From IMG/VR virus record IMGVR_UViG_2934319770_000001, positions 1,376-65,375 of that record: 64,000 nucleotides of DNA, one strand, 5' to 3'. Every line of letters begins with the position of its first letter. The stretch's first letter is position 1. The DNA is from a virus (Duplodnaviria; Caudoviricetes). Under the pieces are notes generated by a model. It saw nothing but the letters and a program-made list of their open reading frames with translations. It did no database searches and was not told the DNA's origin. The translations under genes and the position numbers were made by a program. Positions 47,869 through 56,676 of the stretch are shown piece after piece.

Positions 47869-48390
47869 TCAGCGTCCGCGTCGGCCGGATACTCGGCCGG
47901 CTCGGTAGGCGGTCGTGGCAGCGCTGAGTCGCCGGTCGCGCTCCCGCTGGGCGATTTCAACCACGGTGCGTAGGGCGGCGCGGACTTCGTCGGCGGTCGC
48001 TGCGGGGCGTCCGGTCTCCTGCTCGTACTCGGTGAGCAGCGTCTCGACGGCCTCGGTGAGGTGGGCGCACGGCTCGGTGTCCGGCTGTGTCCGGACGGTG
48101 TCCGCCGAGGTCAGGGTGCTGTCGACCGGAGGCGTGTCCGTGTCGCTGGTGGCCGTGTCCGGGGCTGTCCGGGCGGTGTCCGGGCCGGTGTCCGTCCGAA
48201 GGAGCGCGTGCTCGATCTGCGTGATGGCTGCGGTGACGCGGGCGTGGAGCGGCGAGTACATCACCGTGGGCGAGCAGTGGAGCGCGGCGTTCATCTCGGC
48301 GTGCCGGGCGAGGTGGAGTTCGCAGGCGGCCAGGGATTCGCGGGCCTTGCGCAGCTCGCGGCGGAGATCGGTGATGCGGTCGTCGTTCAT
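47869..48390 (-). CDS. Hypothetical protein with internal TGTCCG repeat cluster
   Basis: PDT/RT-rich segment. Confidence 0.55.
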   Translation of the reverse strand: MNDDRITDLRRELRKARESLAACELHLARHAEMNAALHCSPTVMYSPLHARVTAAITQIEHALLRTDTGPDTARTAPDTATSDTDTPPVDSTLTSADTVRTQPDTEPCAHLTEAVETLLTEYEQETGRPAATADEVRAALRTVVEIAQRERDRRLSAATTAYRAGRVSGRRGR

Positions 48391-48617
48391 GGCATGTCCT
48401 TTGCGTTGGCGAGTTCGACGCGTGCTTCGTCGCGTTCTCGGCGGGCGGTGTGGAGTGCGGTCTGGAGGCCGCCGGCCTGCCGGCGCAGGGCAGCGAGGTC
48501 GGCGGTGAGCTGGTCGATGCCGACCCGGAGCAGTACCGCCTCGGGCTCGGTGAGCCGGCCACGGGCGGCGGCCCGGTCGATGACGGCGAGGAGCTGCTCG
48601 CGGGTCGGCCCGGTCAC
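48387..48617 (-). CDS. Small coiled-coil protein
   Basis: LL..IDRA.RG.LT..EA.LLR. Confidence 0.6.
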   Translation of the reverse strand: MTGPTREQLLAVIDRAAARGRLTEPEAVLLRVGIDQLTADLAALRRQAGGLQTALHTARRERDEARVELANAKDMP

Positions 48618-48723
48618 GGCGCGTCCTCGTCGACGCGGTCGGCGGGCCGGGGCACGAGGGCCAGGAGCACGATGGCGAGCTGCCCGACGCCGGCCGCGAC
48701 AGTGGCGACGAGGGCCGGAGCCG

Positions 48724-48939
48724 TCATCGCTCCGGCTCCTCGACCACGGTGATGCGGGTGGTGGTGACCTCGTGCACGATGCGGTACTCGCCGCCGGGGT
48801 AGGGGTCGGTCTCGCGGAGCCAGTGGATCAGCCGACGGGCGGCGTCCTGGCTGCTGACTGGTGCGCCGGTGCCGCACCATCCGTACGGGGTGCGGCTCTG
48901 CACGCGCCATTGGTCCGCCGTGGTGGTCGGGGCGGTCAC
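48724..48939 (-). CDS. Small hypothetical protein
   Basis: QWRVQ..W..YRIVHEVTT; coupled. Confidence 0.55.
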   Translation of the reverse strand: MTAPTTTADQWRVQSRTPYGWCGTGAPVSSQDAARRLIHWLRETDPYPGGEYRIVHEVTTTRITVVEEPER

Positions 48940-49706
48940 CGGGCGTCTCCGAGGATGTGCTGGGCCACCGCGACGGCCCACGGGTTGATGACGCCCTCGT
49001 CGTCGCCATCGGCGAGGTCGTCGAGCAGATCCGCGAGCGCGAGGTGGAGGCCGTCCGCGCGTGAGCGGATCTCGGCGGGGCTGGTGCGGATGAGGGCGGC
49101 GGCGGCCTGTAGTACGGCGGCCGGTGACGAAGCCTCGTCGGCGTCGCGTGTGGCGGCGCGGTCCAGGACGTAGCCGGTGCGACGGAGGCGGCCGGTGGGG
49201 GTGAGGGGGCTCCCGTAGAGGTAGCGCACGAGGACGGCGTCCACCGGCTCACCGGACTCATGGCACACCGCCTCGGCGCGCGCGGCGCCGGGCACATAGG
49301 CGGTGATGCGGATCCGTCCGCCACCGGGCACTCGGTAGACCTGCCCGGGGCGTACCGCGGCGTCGCTCAGGGCGGCCTGGCCCTGGCCCTCGCTGTGCTG
49401 CCGGGTGCCGTCGTGTGCCCTGTCGGTGGTGGCTCCGTCGTCAGCCGGGCGGCCTTGTTCGGGCGTCGAGGTGACCGTGGTGCGGTGCTCCAGCACGTAC
49501 CCGGTGCGCCGCGGCTTTCCGTGGCGGGTGGTGCCGCTGGCGTGGAGCTGGCTGACCTGGATCCAGCGGGGGCGTTGGCCGGTGTCCGCGTCCACGATGT
49601 GCGCCGTGTCGTATCCGGGGGTGTAGCTCTCGATGCGGATGCGCCGGCCTGCGTCGAGGGGGTGGCAGGCGGTGTAGATCTGGCCGGCGCGGATGGTGTG
49701 GGTCAT
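48936..49706 (-). CDS. Hypothetical protein with a tandemly duplicated ~65-aa domain
   Basis: Two copies of R.GQ.Y..RIRI..Y.PG..RRTGYVL. Confidence 0.65.
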   Translation of the reverse strand: MTHTIRAGQIYTACHPLDAGRRIRIESYTPGYDTAHIVDADTGQRPRWIQVSQLHASGTTRHGKPRRTGYVLEHRTTVTSTPEQGRPADDGATTDRAHDGTRQHSEGQGQAALSDAAVRPGQVYRVPGGGRIRITAYVPGAARAEAVCHESGEPVDAVLVRYLYGSPLTPTGRLRRTGYVLDRAATRDADEASSPAAVLQAAAALIRTSPAEIRSRADGLHLALADLLDDLADGDDEGVINPWAVAVAQHILGDAR

Positions 49707-49898
49707 TGGTGTCTCCGGTCGGGCCCGGCCGCGCGCGGCGGCCGGGCGGTGGCGGGGCGGTCAGCGGGCCTCGGAGTCGTTGCCCTGGTCCTCGCAGCGG
49801 TGGTGGGATTCGAGGAGTGCCGTCGTCGACTGGCTCGAACTCCCAGGTCTTGTCGCAGTCGCCGCAGTATCCGTAGCCGTAGAAGCTCACGTCCGCTA

Positions 49899-50138
49899 TC
49901 AGGACTCTTCTCGGTCCGATCGGCGGTCGTTGACCTCGTAGTCGCGCTTGACCTGGTAGCCGGCCGCGCGGTACTTGGCGAGCAGCTGGTCGACGTACCA
50001 CCTGCCGGCGTCACCGGATTCGTGGTCGCCGCCGTCCACGCGGACGGTCTCGTCGTCGATCCACAGGTCGATGGTGATCTCGTCACCGTCGGGGTGGGCC
50101 AGGTGCCACTGGTGCTGGATGTGGGCGTCGTCGGTCAT
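49899..50138 (-). CDS. Small hypothetical protein
   Basis: GGAG RBS; acidic ORF. Confidence 0.5.
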   Translation of the reverse strand: MTDDAHIQHQWHLAHPDGDEITIDLWIDDETVRVDGGDHESGDAGRWYVDQLLAKYRAAGYQVKRDYEVNDRRSDREES

Positions 50139-50257
50139 CGGGGCTCCAATCGACTGGAAGGGGTGCGTGTGGCTGGAAGAGGGCGCGGTGGGCTGTGGCC
50201 GTGCCGCTGGGAGGTGAGCGGCCGTCAGGCGCCCGCCCAGGGCCCTTCTCGGCCGTC

Positions 50258-50575
50258 TCAGCGGTCGCGACCGGATCGGCAGTACGGGCTGTGCTCGCGC
50301 CCGACGGTGATCAGCTCCAGCTCGCAGCACCAGACGTCGGCCTCCGGCGGCCGGCGGCGGTACAGGTTCGCGAGCCGGTCGGCGCGGGCGGCCACGCGGC
50401 GGTAGTCGTCGGCGGACTGGTGCGTCCGGTAGGCGACGGCGGCGAGCAGTACGGTCAGCGCGGCGAACGAGGCGGCGTGCCGCGGCTCGTCGGCGATGAC
50501 GGCCTGGACGGTGGCGGCGGCGAGCGCTCCGGCTGCGAGGGCGGCTATCAGGGTGTCGGTGCGGCGGCGGTCCAT
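50258..50575 (-). CDS. Small two-TM protein with CC..H..C tail
   Basis: Hydrophobic segments; WCCE..HSPYC. Confidence 0.55.
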   Translation of the reverse strand: MDRRRTDTLIAALAAGALAAATVQAVIADEPRHAASFAALTVLLAAVAYRTHQSADDYRRVAARADRLANLYRRRPPEADVWCCELELITVGREHSPYCRSGRDR

Positions 50576-50598
50576 TTGGTCCCCCTGGGCGTTGTCGG

Positions 50599-50781
50599 TC
50601 AGGTGGTGGGTGGGCGGAGGGCGTCGAGGGCGGCGCGCAGCACCGCGGGGCTCACGGTGTCGGTCCACGCGTCGAGTTCCTCGGTGACGAGGTGGACGAA
50701 GCGGCGGAGGCCGTTGAGTTCTCGGACGAGGTCGTCGAGCTGCTTGTCGTTGAGGTTGTCGACGCTGAGGCGGTCGGTCAT
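50599..50781 (-). CDS. Small hypothetical protein
   Basis: RLSVDNLNDKQLDDL. Confidence 0.5.
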   Translation of the reverse strand: MTDRLSVDNLNDKQLDDLVRELNGLRRFVHLVTEELDAWTDTVSPAVLRAALDALRPPTT

Positions 50782-51044
50782 CGGCGGAAGTCCTTCTGTG
50801 CGGTGGCGTGGATGGTGGGGCCGTCGGGGTGGGCGCGGAGGGCGTCGAGGAGGCAGTGGTGCCAGCGGCGGAAGTTCCGGTAGTCGCGGCGGAGGGCGTG
50901 CAGTTCGGCCCGTAGGAAGGCGATCTGGCCCGCTGCGCTGGGGCAGGTGCACTGGGCGTCGGGGTCGTGGGCGCGGGCGGCGCAGCCGGGGATGAGGTAG
51001 CGGCTGCCGTCGGGTTCCTCGTGCCAGTGGCAGGGGCGGGTCAT
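50778..51044 (-). CDS. Small Cys-containing protein
   Basis: CHW..LIPGC..CTC. Confidence 0.55.
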   Translation of the reverse strand: MTRPCHWHEEPDGSRYLIPGCAARAHDPDAQCTCPSAAGQIAFLRAELHALRRDYRNFRRWHHCLLDALRAHPDGPTIHATAQKDFRR

Positions 51045-51790
51045 GCGGCGCTCCGGGGCTGGCGGCGGCGGTCCGGGCCGTTGAAGGTGAGGACGGTGGA
51101 GGTTTCGGCGAGGCGGGAGGCGAGGCGTTCACCGAGGCGGCCGACGAGGTCCGGTCCGGCGGGCCGACCGTGCTCGTCGAGGCGCGCGCGGACGGGCAGG
51201 TTGGTGGTGACGATCAGCGGGAGGCACTGGTTGTACCGCTCGTTGATCAGCCTGTACGTGGCCTCCTCCGTCCACTCGGACAACTTCTCGGTGCCCAGGT
51301 CGTCCAGGAGCAGCAGCGGGACGGTGGCGAGGCGGCGGAGTTCGTACTCGGTGCCCTTGTCGGAGCCGCCGGGGCGCAGCCGCCCGTACATGTCCGGGGC
51401 GGTCGTGGCGAGGAACTGGTAGCGGTCCGGGCCGGCTTCGGCGATCTGCCGGAGGGCTCCGTACGCCTGGTGGGTCTTGCCGGTGCCGATGGCGCCGGTG
51501 AGGACGAGGAACCCGGCGTCGCGGATGTCGGCGGCGGCCCGCTGTGCCCAGGCGATGACGTCGGGGTGGGTGGCGGTGGCCTGCCGGTACCGGTAGGGGG
51601 TGGCGGCCTCCCAGCGGGCGAGGGCGACGGTGGCGCGCTGGCGGTGGTGGTAGTCGGGGTGGCCGGGGTCGTCGGGGGTCAGGGTGGTGTCGGTGGGGCC
51701 GGGGGTGATGTCGGTGAGGCCGCGGGCGGCGAGGATCGACCGGAAGCGGTCGAGGAGTGCGGTTCCCCCGAGGGGGCGCGGGTCGGTCAT
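51041..51790 (-). CDS. DnaC/IstB-like AAA+ helicase loader
   Basis: GAIGTGKT; LLLLDDLGTE; INERY..LIVTTN; R..SRL. Confidence 0.88.
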   Translation of the reverse strand: MTDPRPLGGTALLDRFRSILAARGLTDITPGPTDTTLTPDDPGHPDYHHRQRATVALARWEAATPYRYRQATATHPDVIAWAQRAAADIRDAGFLVLTGAIGTGKTHQAYGALRQIAEAGPDRYQFLATTAPDMYGRLRPGGSDKGTEYELRRLATVPLLLLDDLGTEKLSEWTEEATYRLINERYNQCLPLIVTTNLPVRARLDEHGRPAGPDLVGRLGERLASRLAETSTVLTFNGPDRRRQPRSAA

Positions 51791-52698
51791 CAGAACCCCA
51801 GGTCGTTCTCGTAGGCGGACGGGGGTGGGCACTGGAAGGGCTGGTAGTCACCGGAGACGGCGCGGAGCCGGGGGCGGGCGGGGCGCTCGGCGGCGTACTT
51901 GGCCGAGCGGCGGACCCACTTCTGCCACTCGGCGGGCCAGTTGGCCCGGCGCTGGCCGTTGGCGCGGAAGTGATCAAGGAACTGGGCGGTCTCGTGATCG
52001 AGGTCGAGGACGGGACCGAAGGTGGCGAGCGCCCAGCGGCGCATGCCGTCGGTCAGCGCGAACCCGTCGTCGTCGATGGGGGCTGTCGGCGGGGCCGTCC
52101 GGGGTGGGTCACTGTAGGCACCCACCTCCACCCCATGGGTTCCTGGTGGTTCTACTGATGGTTCATTGATGGTTCGGGCGGCGTTGAGTGCGTGACGTCC
52201 GGACGCAGAGTGCGTGACGTCACGCACTTCGGATGCGTGACGGCCGGATTTTGAGTGCGTGACATCGGGTTCGGTCACGGATTCTGCGTGCGTGACCGTC
52301 ACGTCGTCAGAGTGCGTGACACGCTTCGCGCGGGACCGCCGCTTCCGCTCGGCCGCCGCCGCGCGCTCCGCCTCCTCCTCAGCCTCCAACTCCGCCCAGT
52401 CCGACGCCGGACGACGCTTCCCCAGATGCAGCCGCCAGCAGGTGCAGCCACGCACGGAGCCCTCCGGCGAGATCAGGCCCGCGTCCTCCAGGCGCCGCAG
52501 CGCGCGCTGGACGGTGCGCCGGTCGTAGCCGGTGCGGTACTGAAGGCGGAGCAGGGAGGGGTGGGCACCCGAGCCGTCCTTGTGGGCGTGCTCGGCCAGC
52601 GCCTGGAGCACGTGGCGCGCCGTGGTGTCCGGCTTGCCTTTCTCCGTGCGCGGCATGGGCGCGTCGTCCATGGCCCAGGTCACTGCCTCGTGGCTCAC
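51790..52698 (-). CDS. Phage replication initiator (HTH, lambda-O-like)
   Basis: EAVTWA..VLQALAEHA..PS..RTVQRALRRLEDAGLI; internal iterons; C-terminal F.DH..W..W.R. Confidence 0.8.
   Translation of the reverse strand: MSHEAVTWAMDDAPMPRTEKGKPDTTARHVLQALAEHAHKDGSGAHPSLLRLQYRTGYDRRTVQRALRRLEDAGLISPEGSVRGCTCWRLHLGKRRPASDWAELEAEEEAERAAAAERKRRSRAKRVTHSDDVTVTHAESVTEPDVTHSKSGRHASEVRDVTHSASGRHALNAARTINEPSVEPPGTHGVEVGAYSDPPRTAPPTAPIDDDGFALTDGMRRWALATFGPVLDLDHETAQFLDHFRANGQRRANWPAEWQKWVRRSAKYAAERPARPRLRAVSGDYQPFQCPPPSAYENDLGF
52186..52320. repeat. Six (GAG)TGCGTGAC iterons; probable replication origin
   Basis: Copies end at 52196, 52218, 52241, 52263, 52296 and 52320. Confidence 0.75.
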
Positions 52699-52846
52699 GT
52701 GCTCTCTCCTCGCCGATGGTGCTGGTCAGGGGCGTGCAGGCGAGGCATCAAGGGGGTGCGCGCCCCTCGATGACTTCGTAGCTATCATAGCTAAGAAAGC
52801 GACTTTGCTGTGTTGGGTTTCTCGGCGAATCCGCTACGCTGCCCCC

Positions 52847-53065
52847 ATGTCCACCCGCATCGAGCACCGCGCCAAGATCGCCGAAGCGCGAAACGTCCTC
52901 GGCGAAGTCATCTCCCGCGCCCGCTACGCCGGCGAGACGACCGTGCTCGTCAACCGCGGCAAGGAAGCTGCCGTGATCGTGCCGTTCGACTTCTACGAAC
53001 GGGCCTGCGCAGCCCTCGGCGAGCAGCGCGTGCCGGCAGAGTCTCCCGAAGGCGCCGGGGCCTGA
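52847..53065 (+). CDS. Phd/YefM-family antitoxin-like protein (orphan)
   Basis: IAEARNVLGEVISRA..ETTVLVNRGKEAAVIVP. Confidence 0.8.
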   Translation: MSTRIEHRAKIAEARNVLGEVISRARYAGETTVLVNRGKEAAVIVPFDFYERACAALGEQRVPAESPEGAGA

Positions 53066-53184
53066 CGCCGCGGTCCCCGGGATAGGCGAGATCTTGTAGT
53101 CGGTGACCTTGATGAAGTCGTCGGCGCGGCCGATGTAGGCGATGCGGCCGGCCGGCAGGACGGGGGACTGACCCAGGGCGGCGG

Positions 53185-53874
53185 TCATCGGCCGCCGGCC
53201 GTGGCCCGGCCGATCGCGTCCAGCTCCAGCGCCGTCTGCACCCCCGCCTGAGCCTCCGCCAACCGGTACAGCACCCGCGCCACATGACCCGCCAGCACGG
53301 GAAGCGCGTGCTCGTGCACGTCGAACCGGGAGCCGACCGGCCAGAAGAGGTCGCGGTGCTCCTTGCGCGGCGTTCCGGTGAGCTTGAGGACGCCCGCGTC
53401 CGTGAGCCGCTGCCGCAGCTCCAGCACGTCCCCGACCGGCAGGCCGTACCGCTGCCGCAGGTGCGCCGCCGCGGCCTCCCACGTCAACACGCGTGGCTCA
53501 ACGACCGCCACCAACGGGACCGTCTCGTACCGGCCGTGCGCCCGCAGCGACGGCAGCACCTCGTGGAAGATCCACCGCTGGAACCGGTCGACGCGCTCGC
53601 GGACGACCGGGTCCTTGACCCGGCCGGTCTTCCGCTGGCCGATCACCCGGTAGAACCCCGGCTCGGTCAGGTGCCAGACGCGCTGTTCGCCGCCAGGGGT
53701 AGGCACTGACGCCCACCCCTTCTCGTCGGTGGGGACCGCGCGGAGCATGTCCTTCGCCGACCCGTACGCCAGCCCGCGAGCGAGGCCGGCCGCGAGGACG
53801 ATGAAGCTATCGCCGCGCGGCAGGACCTCGATATCGAACCCGTCGTCGCGGTGGGTGAAGCGTTCTATGTTCAC
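53185..53874 (-). CDS. BRO-N family antirepressor
   Basis: TPGGEQ..LTEPGFYR..FQRWIFHEVLPSLR.HG.Y. Confidence 0.82.
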   Translation of the reverse strand: MNIERFTHRDDGFDIEVLPRGDSFIVLAAGLARGLAYGSAKDMLRAVPTDEKGWASVPTPGGEQRVWHLTEPGFYRVIGQRKTGRVKDPVVRERVDRFQRWIFHEVLPSLRAHGRYETVPLVAVVEPRVLTWEAAAAHLRQRYGLPVGDVLELRQRLTDAGVLKLTGTPRKEHRDLFWPVGSRFDVHEHALPVLAGHVARVLYRLAEAQAGVQTALELDAIGRATAGGR

Positions 53875-53908
53875 GGCCGTCCTGCCTTCCACGTGCCGGT
53901 GTTACGAG

Positions 53909-53981
53909 CGCCCGAATCGGGAGTCGAACCCGAGGGCCGCCCGAGGGGCGGGGCGGCCCGCCCCCTGTGTGCGGTCCGGGC
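53909..53981 (-). ncRNA. tRNA-like element (acceptor stem plus canonical T arm; no D stem or normal anticodon arm)
   Basis: GCCCGGA..15 nt..GGGCCGCCC-8-GGGCGGCCC TCGGG-TTCGACT-CCCGA TTCGGGC G. Confidence 0.55.
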
Positions 53982-54013
53982 TGGTGCGCCCCAGCCGGGG
54001 CGCGGGTAGAGCG

Positions 54014-54325
54014 TCAGCTGAGGTCGGGGATGACCAGCCAGCCGGGTTGGAAGCCCGTGTGGACGCCGAGCCGGGCGGCGGCTTCGGCCAGCGCGGTGTC
54101 CCACGCCTTGATCTCGGGGGCCTGGAACGCCTCGGGCTTGACCTTGCGGTGGTCGCCGAGCCGGACCTCAGTGCACTGGGTGACAAGGAACGTGTGATCA
54201 CGGTCGTAATCACCGGCGTGGAGGTAGCTGACGGGACTATCAGCGAGTGCGGCTTCAAGGCGGTCGGGGCTCGTGTCCGGAATCTCGAAGCCGTAGGCGA
54301 AGTAGGTGGAGTGGTACATGCCCAC
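54014..54325 (-). CDS. Hypothetical protein
   Basis: GMY.STYFAYG..YLHAGDYD..PGWLVIPDLS; GAGGAG RBS. Confidence 0.65.
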   Translation of the reverse strand: MGMYHSTYFAYGFEIPDTSPDRLEAALADSPVSYLHAGDYDRDHTFLVTQCTEVRLGDHRKVKPEAFQAPEIKAWDTALAEAAARLGVHTGFQPGWLVIPDLS

Positions 54326-54398
54326 GGTGTTCTCCTCGGGGTGGGTTGGTGCGCCCGGGGCGGGGGTGTGCGGTCGCCCCGCCCCGGGACTGGAGGGG

Positions 54399-54710
54399 TC
54401 AGGCGGCGGCCTGCTCCCCGCGCGCTCGCTGGCGCTGGCGGAGCCGGTACCGCTCGACGGGCGTGTAGCCGCCCCGGACGCCGTGTCTGAGGGCCACGAA
54501 TACGCCGCCCTCTTCCCGGAGCGCCGCCGCGAGGCAGGCGAGCCGGACCGGACAAGCGGACTGGAAGCAGAACGCCTTGGCGGCGGCCAAGGCGGCGGCG
54601 TCCCGCGGCTTCGGGAAGAACACGTCGAGCTCCTGGCCCTGACAGGCCGCCTTGTCCTGCCACCGGGCCGGGGCCGGCAGCGTGTCCGGGGCGTAGTGCG
54701 AGGCGGTCAC
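54399..54710 (-). CDS. WhiB-family Fe-S transcription factor
   Basis: W..AAC..FFP..AK..C..CPV..CL..GVRGG.T..ER. Confidence 0.85.
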   Translation of the reverse strand: MTASHYAPDTLPAPARWQDKAACQGQELDVFFPKPRDAAALAAAKAFCFQSACPVRLACLAAALREEGGVFVALRHGVRGGYTPVERYRLRQRQRARGEQAAA

Positions 54711-56107
54711 GCGGCCACCTCCTCGCCGAGCACAGCCTCCGCGACCATCGCCCACAGATCTCGGGCCGCCGGCGGCGTCACCGCGTTCCCGGCCATCCGC
54801 ACGCGCTCCCGCTTCGTCCCCATCCAGATGTAGTCGCCCGGGAACTCCATCGCGGCGGCGTACTCCTGCGGCTCCAGCATGCGGAAGCGCAGGTCCTCGA
54901 CGGAGGCGACGGTGGCGCCCTTCAGCAGAGCGTGCCGGTCGACCGTGGTGACGGTGGGGATCGGCTCGCTCGCTGGCCGGGCGGAGCCGTTGCCGTAGTA
55001 CGGCACGACCAGGTCCGGGACGGTGAGCCCGTGATGGTTGCCGCTCGCGCACACCGTGGCGAGCGGGTCGGTCACCGGCCGGTGCGTCGACCCGCCGCCC
55101 CGCAGCTCGACGACAAACGGCGGCACCGCCAGGCCGGTCTCGTTGCGGGCGGTGCAGGTGCGCATCGGCACTCCGGCCGGGCGGGCGGCCTTCCCGCCCC
55201 GGCCCTCGACCGGGACCAGGAGCGGCGTCCCGTACGCGGCGAAGCCGTCGCGCACCCGCTTCATGGTCTTCTCCGCCAGGGGCCGCAGCCGGTCGCCGAT
55301 GCGCACCGCCGGGAGCGTCCAGTCGATGGCGTCCGCCGCAGGCCGCACCGCCGGGGTCACCTCGGCGTGGCAGCGGGCGGTCGGGCAGCTCCATACGTAC
55401 TGGGAGCGGTACTTGCCGTACCGGCGGGCCGGGTTCTTCCACGCCTGGACCGCTCGCACCTGTCGGTCGCAGCCGGAGCAGTAGGCCGCGGGCCGCAGGT
55501 ACTTGTCGAAGTCCGGGTCCCGCTCGCCCTCCAGCCAGAAGACCACGTACAGGCGGTCGCGGGACTGCGGCGCCCCCGGTCCCAGCACCTGGGCGTGCAT
55601 GCTGTTCAAGCAGACGGTCCGCGACCGGTAGCCGAGGGCGTGCATGGCCGAGATCCACGCCGGCCAGAGGATCCAGTCGCGGGCGTCGACCACGTTCTCG
55701 ACGATGACCGCCCGGTAGCGGTGGTACTCGGCGAAGCGGACGACGTCCCACATGGTCGCCCGGGACCGTTCGGCGGCCTCGTCGGGCAGGGTCTCGCCGA
55801 ACAGGTCCGGGGTGGCGTCGCGGTGGCGGCGGGCGCCCTTGGCGATGGAGTGGTTGGTGCAGCTCGGGCTGAACCAGGCGAACGTCGTCGTCGGGTAGCG
55901 GCGCGGGTCGACCTGCGAGATGTCCGCGCAAACGTGATCGGTTTCGGGGTGGTTGGCGTTGTGGACGTCGACCGCGAGCCGCCAGTGATTCAGCGCGGTA
56001 CGGACGGTGCCGCCCGCCTGCCGGATCCCGGTTGACGAGCCCCCGGCGCCCGCGAAGCCGTCGGTGCAGTCGCCCGCGAGCGTGCGGCGGTTGAAGAGTG
56101 TGGACAT
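54707..56107 (-). CDS. C5 DNA cytosine methyltransferase
   Basis: FAGAGG, SPSCT, ENV, PQSRDR, GNAV. Confidence 0.9.
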   Translation of the reverse strand: MSTLFNRRTLAGDCTDGFAGAGGSSTGIRQAGGTVRTALNHWRLAVDVHNANHPETDHVCADISQVDPRRYPTTTFAWFSPSCTNHSIAKGARRHRDATPDLFGETLPDEAAERSRATMWDVVRFAEYHRYRAVIVENVVDARDWILWPAWISAMHALGYRSRTVCLNSMHAQVLGPGAPQSRDRLYVVFWLEGERDPDFDKYLRPAAYCSGCDRQVRAVQAWKNPARRYGKYRSQYVWSCPTARCHAEVTPAVRPAADAIDWTLPAVRIGDRLRPLAEKTMKRVRDGFAAYGTPLLVPVEGRGGKAARPAGVPMRTCTARNETGLAVPPFVVELRGGGSTHRPVTDPLATVCASGNHHGLTVPDLVVPYYGNGSARPASEPIPTVTTVDRHALLKGATVASVEDLRFRMLEPQEYAAAMEFPGDYIWMGTKRERVRMAGNAVTPPAARDLWAMVAEAVLGEEVAA

Positions 56108-56676
56108 CACGCGGCCTCCGCGTTGAGCTGGGGCCACTGGCAGCCGGCCAGGGCGCGCGAGTTGACTTCCGGGACGGGGGCGAGCGGGTGGCCGAGCCAG
56201 TCGTAGGCGGCGGCCATCACGCCGTACGCGTCGGCCTCGTCGTAGCGGGCCGCGCCCTCCGTGTGGATCCCGTACCGGTCCGCGACCGCGGACCGGACCT
56301 CGCCCTTCGTCGCCCGCCCGTACCCGGCCGTGTACAGCTTCAGCGAGGCGGGCGGGACGATGGCGTACGGGATGCGGTGCTTGTAGCAGTACTGGCGCAC
56401 CAGCATCCGGAGGCCGGCGAGTTCTTCGTGCCCAGGAAGCGCGCCGTGCCCGTAGGACGGGCCTTCGAGGGCCACCAGGTCGGCGTGCCGGATGAAGCCG
56501 ACGATGGCGGTCTCGATGTAGGCGAGGCGGGCGTCGCCGACGGTGCGGGTGCGGATGCGGTCGGTCCAGCCGTCCCCGGCGACGCCGGTGCAGCGCAGCG
56601 ACAGGTCGAGGCCGATGACGAGGGGGCGGGTGCCCGCCCCGGCCGAAGCCGGGGCGGGCACCACACGGGCGGTCAT
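56107..56676 (-). CDS. RuvC-like Holliday junction resolvase
   Basis: VIGLDLSL, ALEG, P..LK..G.G.ATK, DEADA. Confidence 0.85.
   Translation of the reverse strand: MTARVVPAPASAGAGTRPLVIGLDLSLRCTGVAGDGWTDRIRTRTVGDARLAYIETAIVGFIRHADLVALEGPSYGHGALPGHEELAGLRMLVRQYCYKHRIPYAIVPPASLKLYTAGYGRATKGEVRSAVADRYGIHTEGAARYDEADAYGVMAAAYDWLGHPLAPVPEVNSRALAGCQWPQLNAEAA

Noticed and set aside
53909-53981. Canonical tRNA gene or att site
   Set aside because: No D stem, 7-nt anticodon loop or CCA, and far from the integrase. Kept only as a tRNA-like element.
54707-56107. Restriction-modification system
   Set aside because: No cognate endonuclease. Orphan methyltransferases are common in phage early regions.
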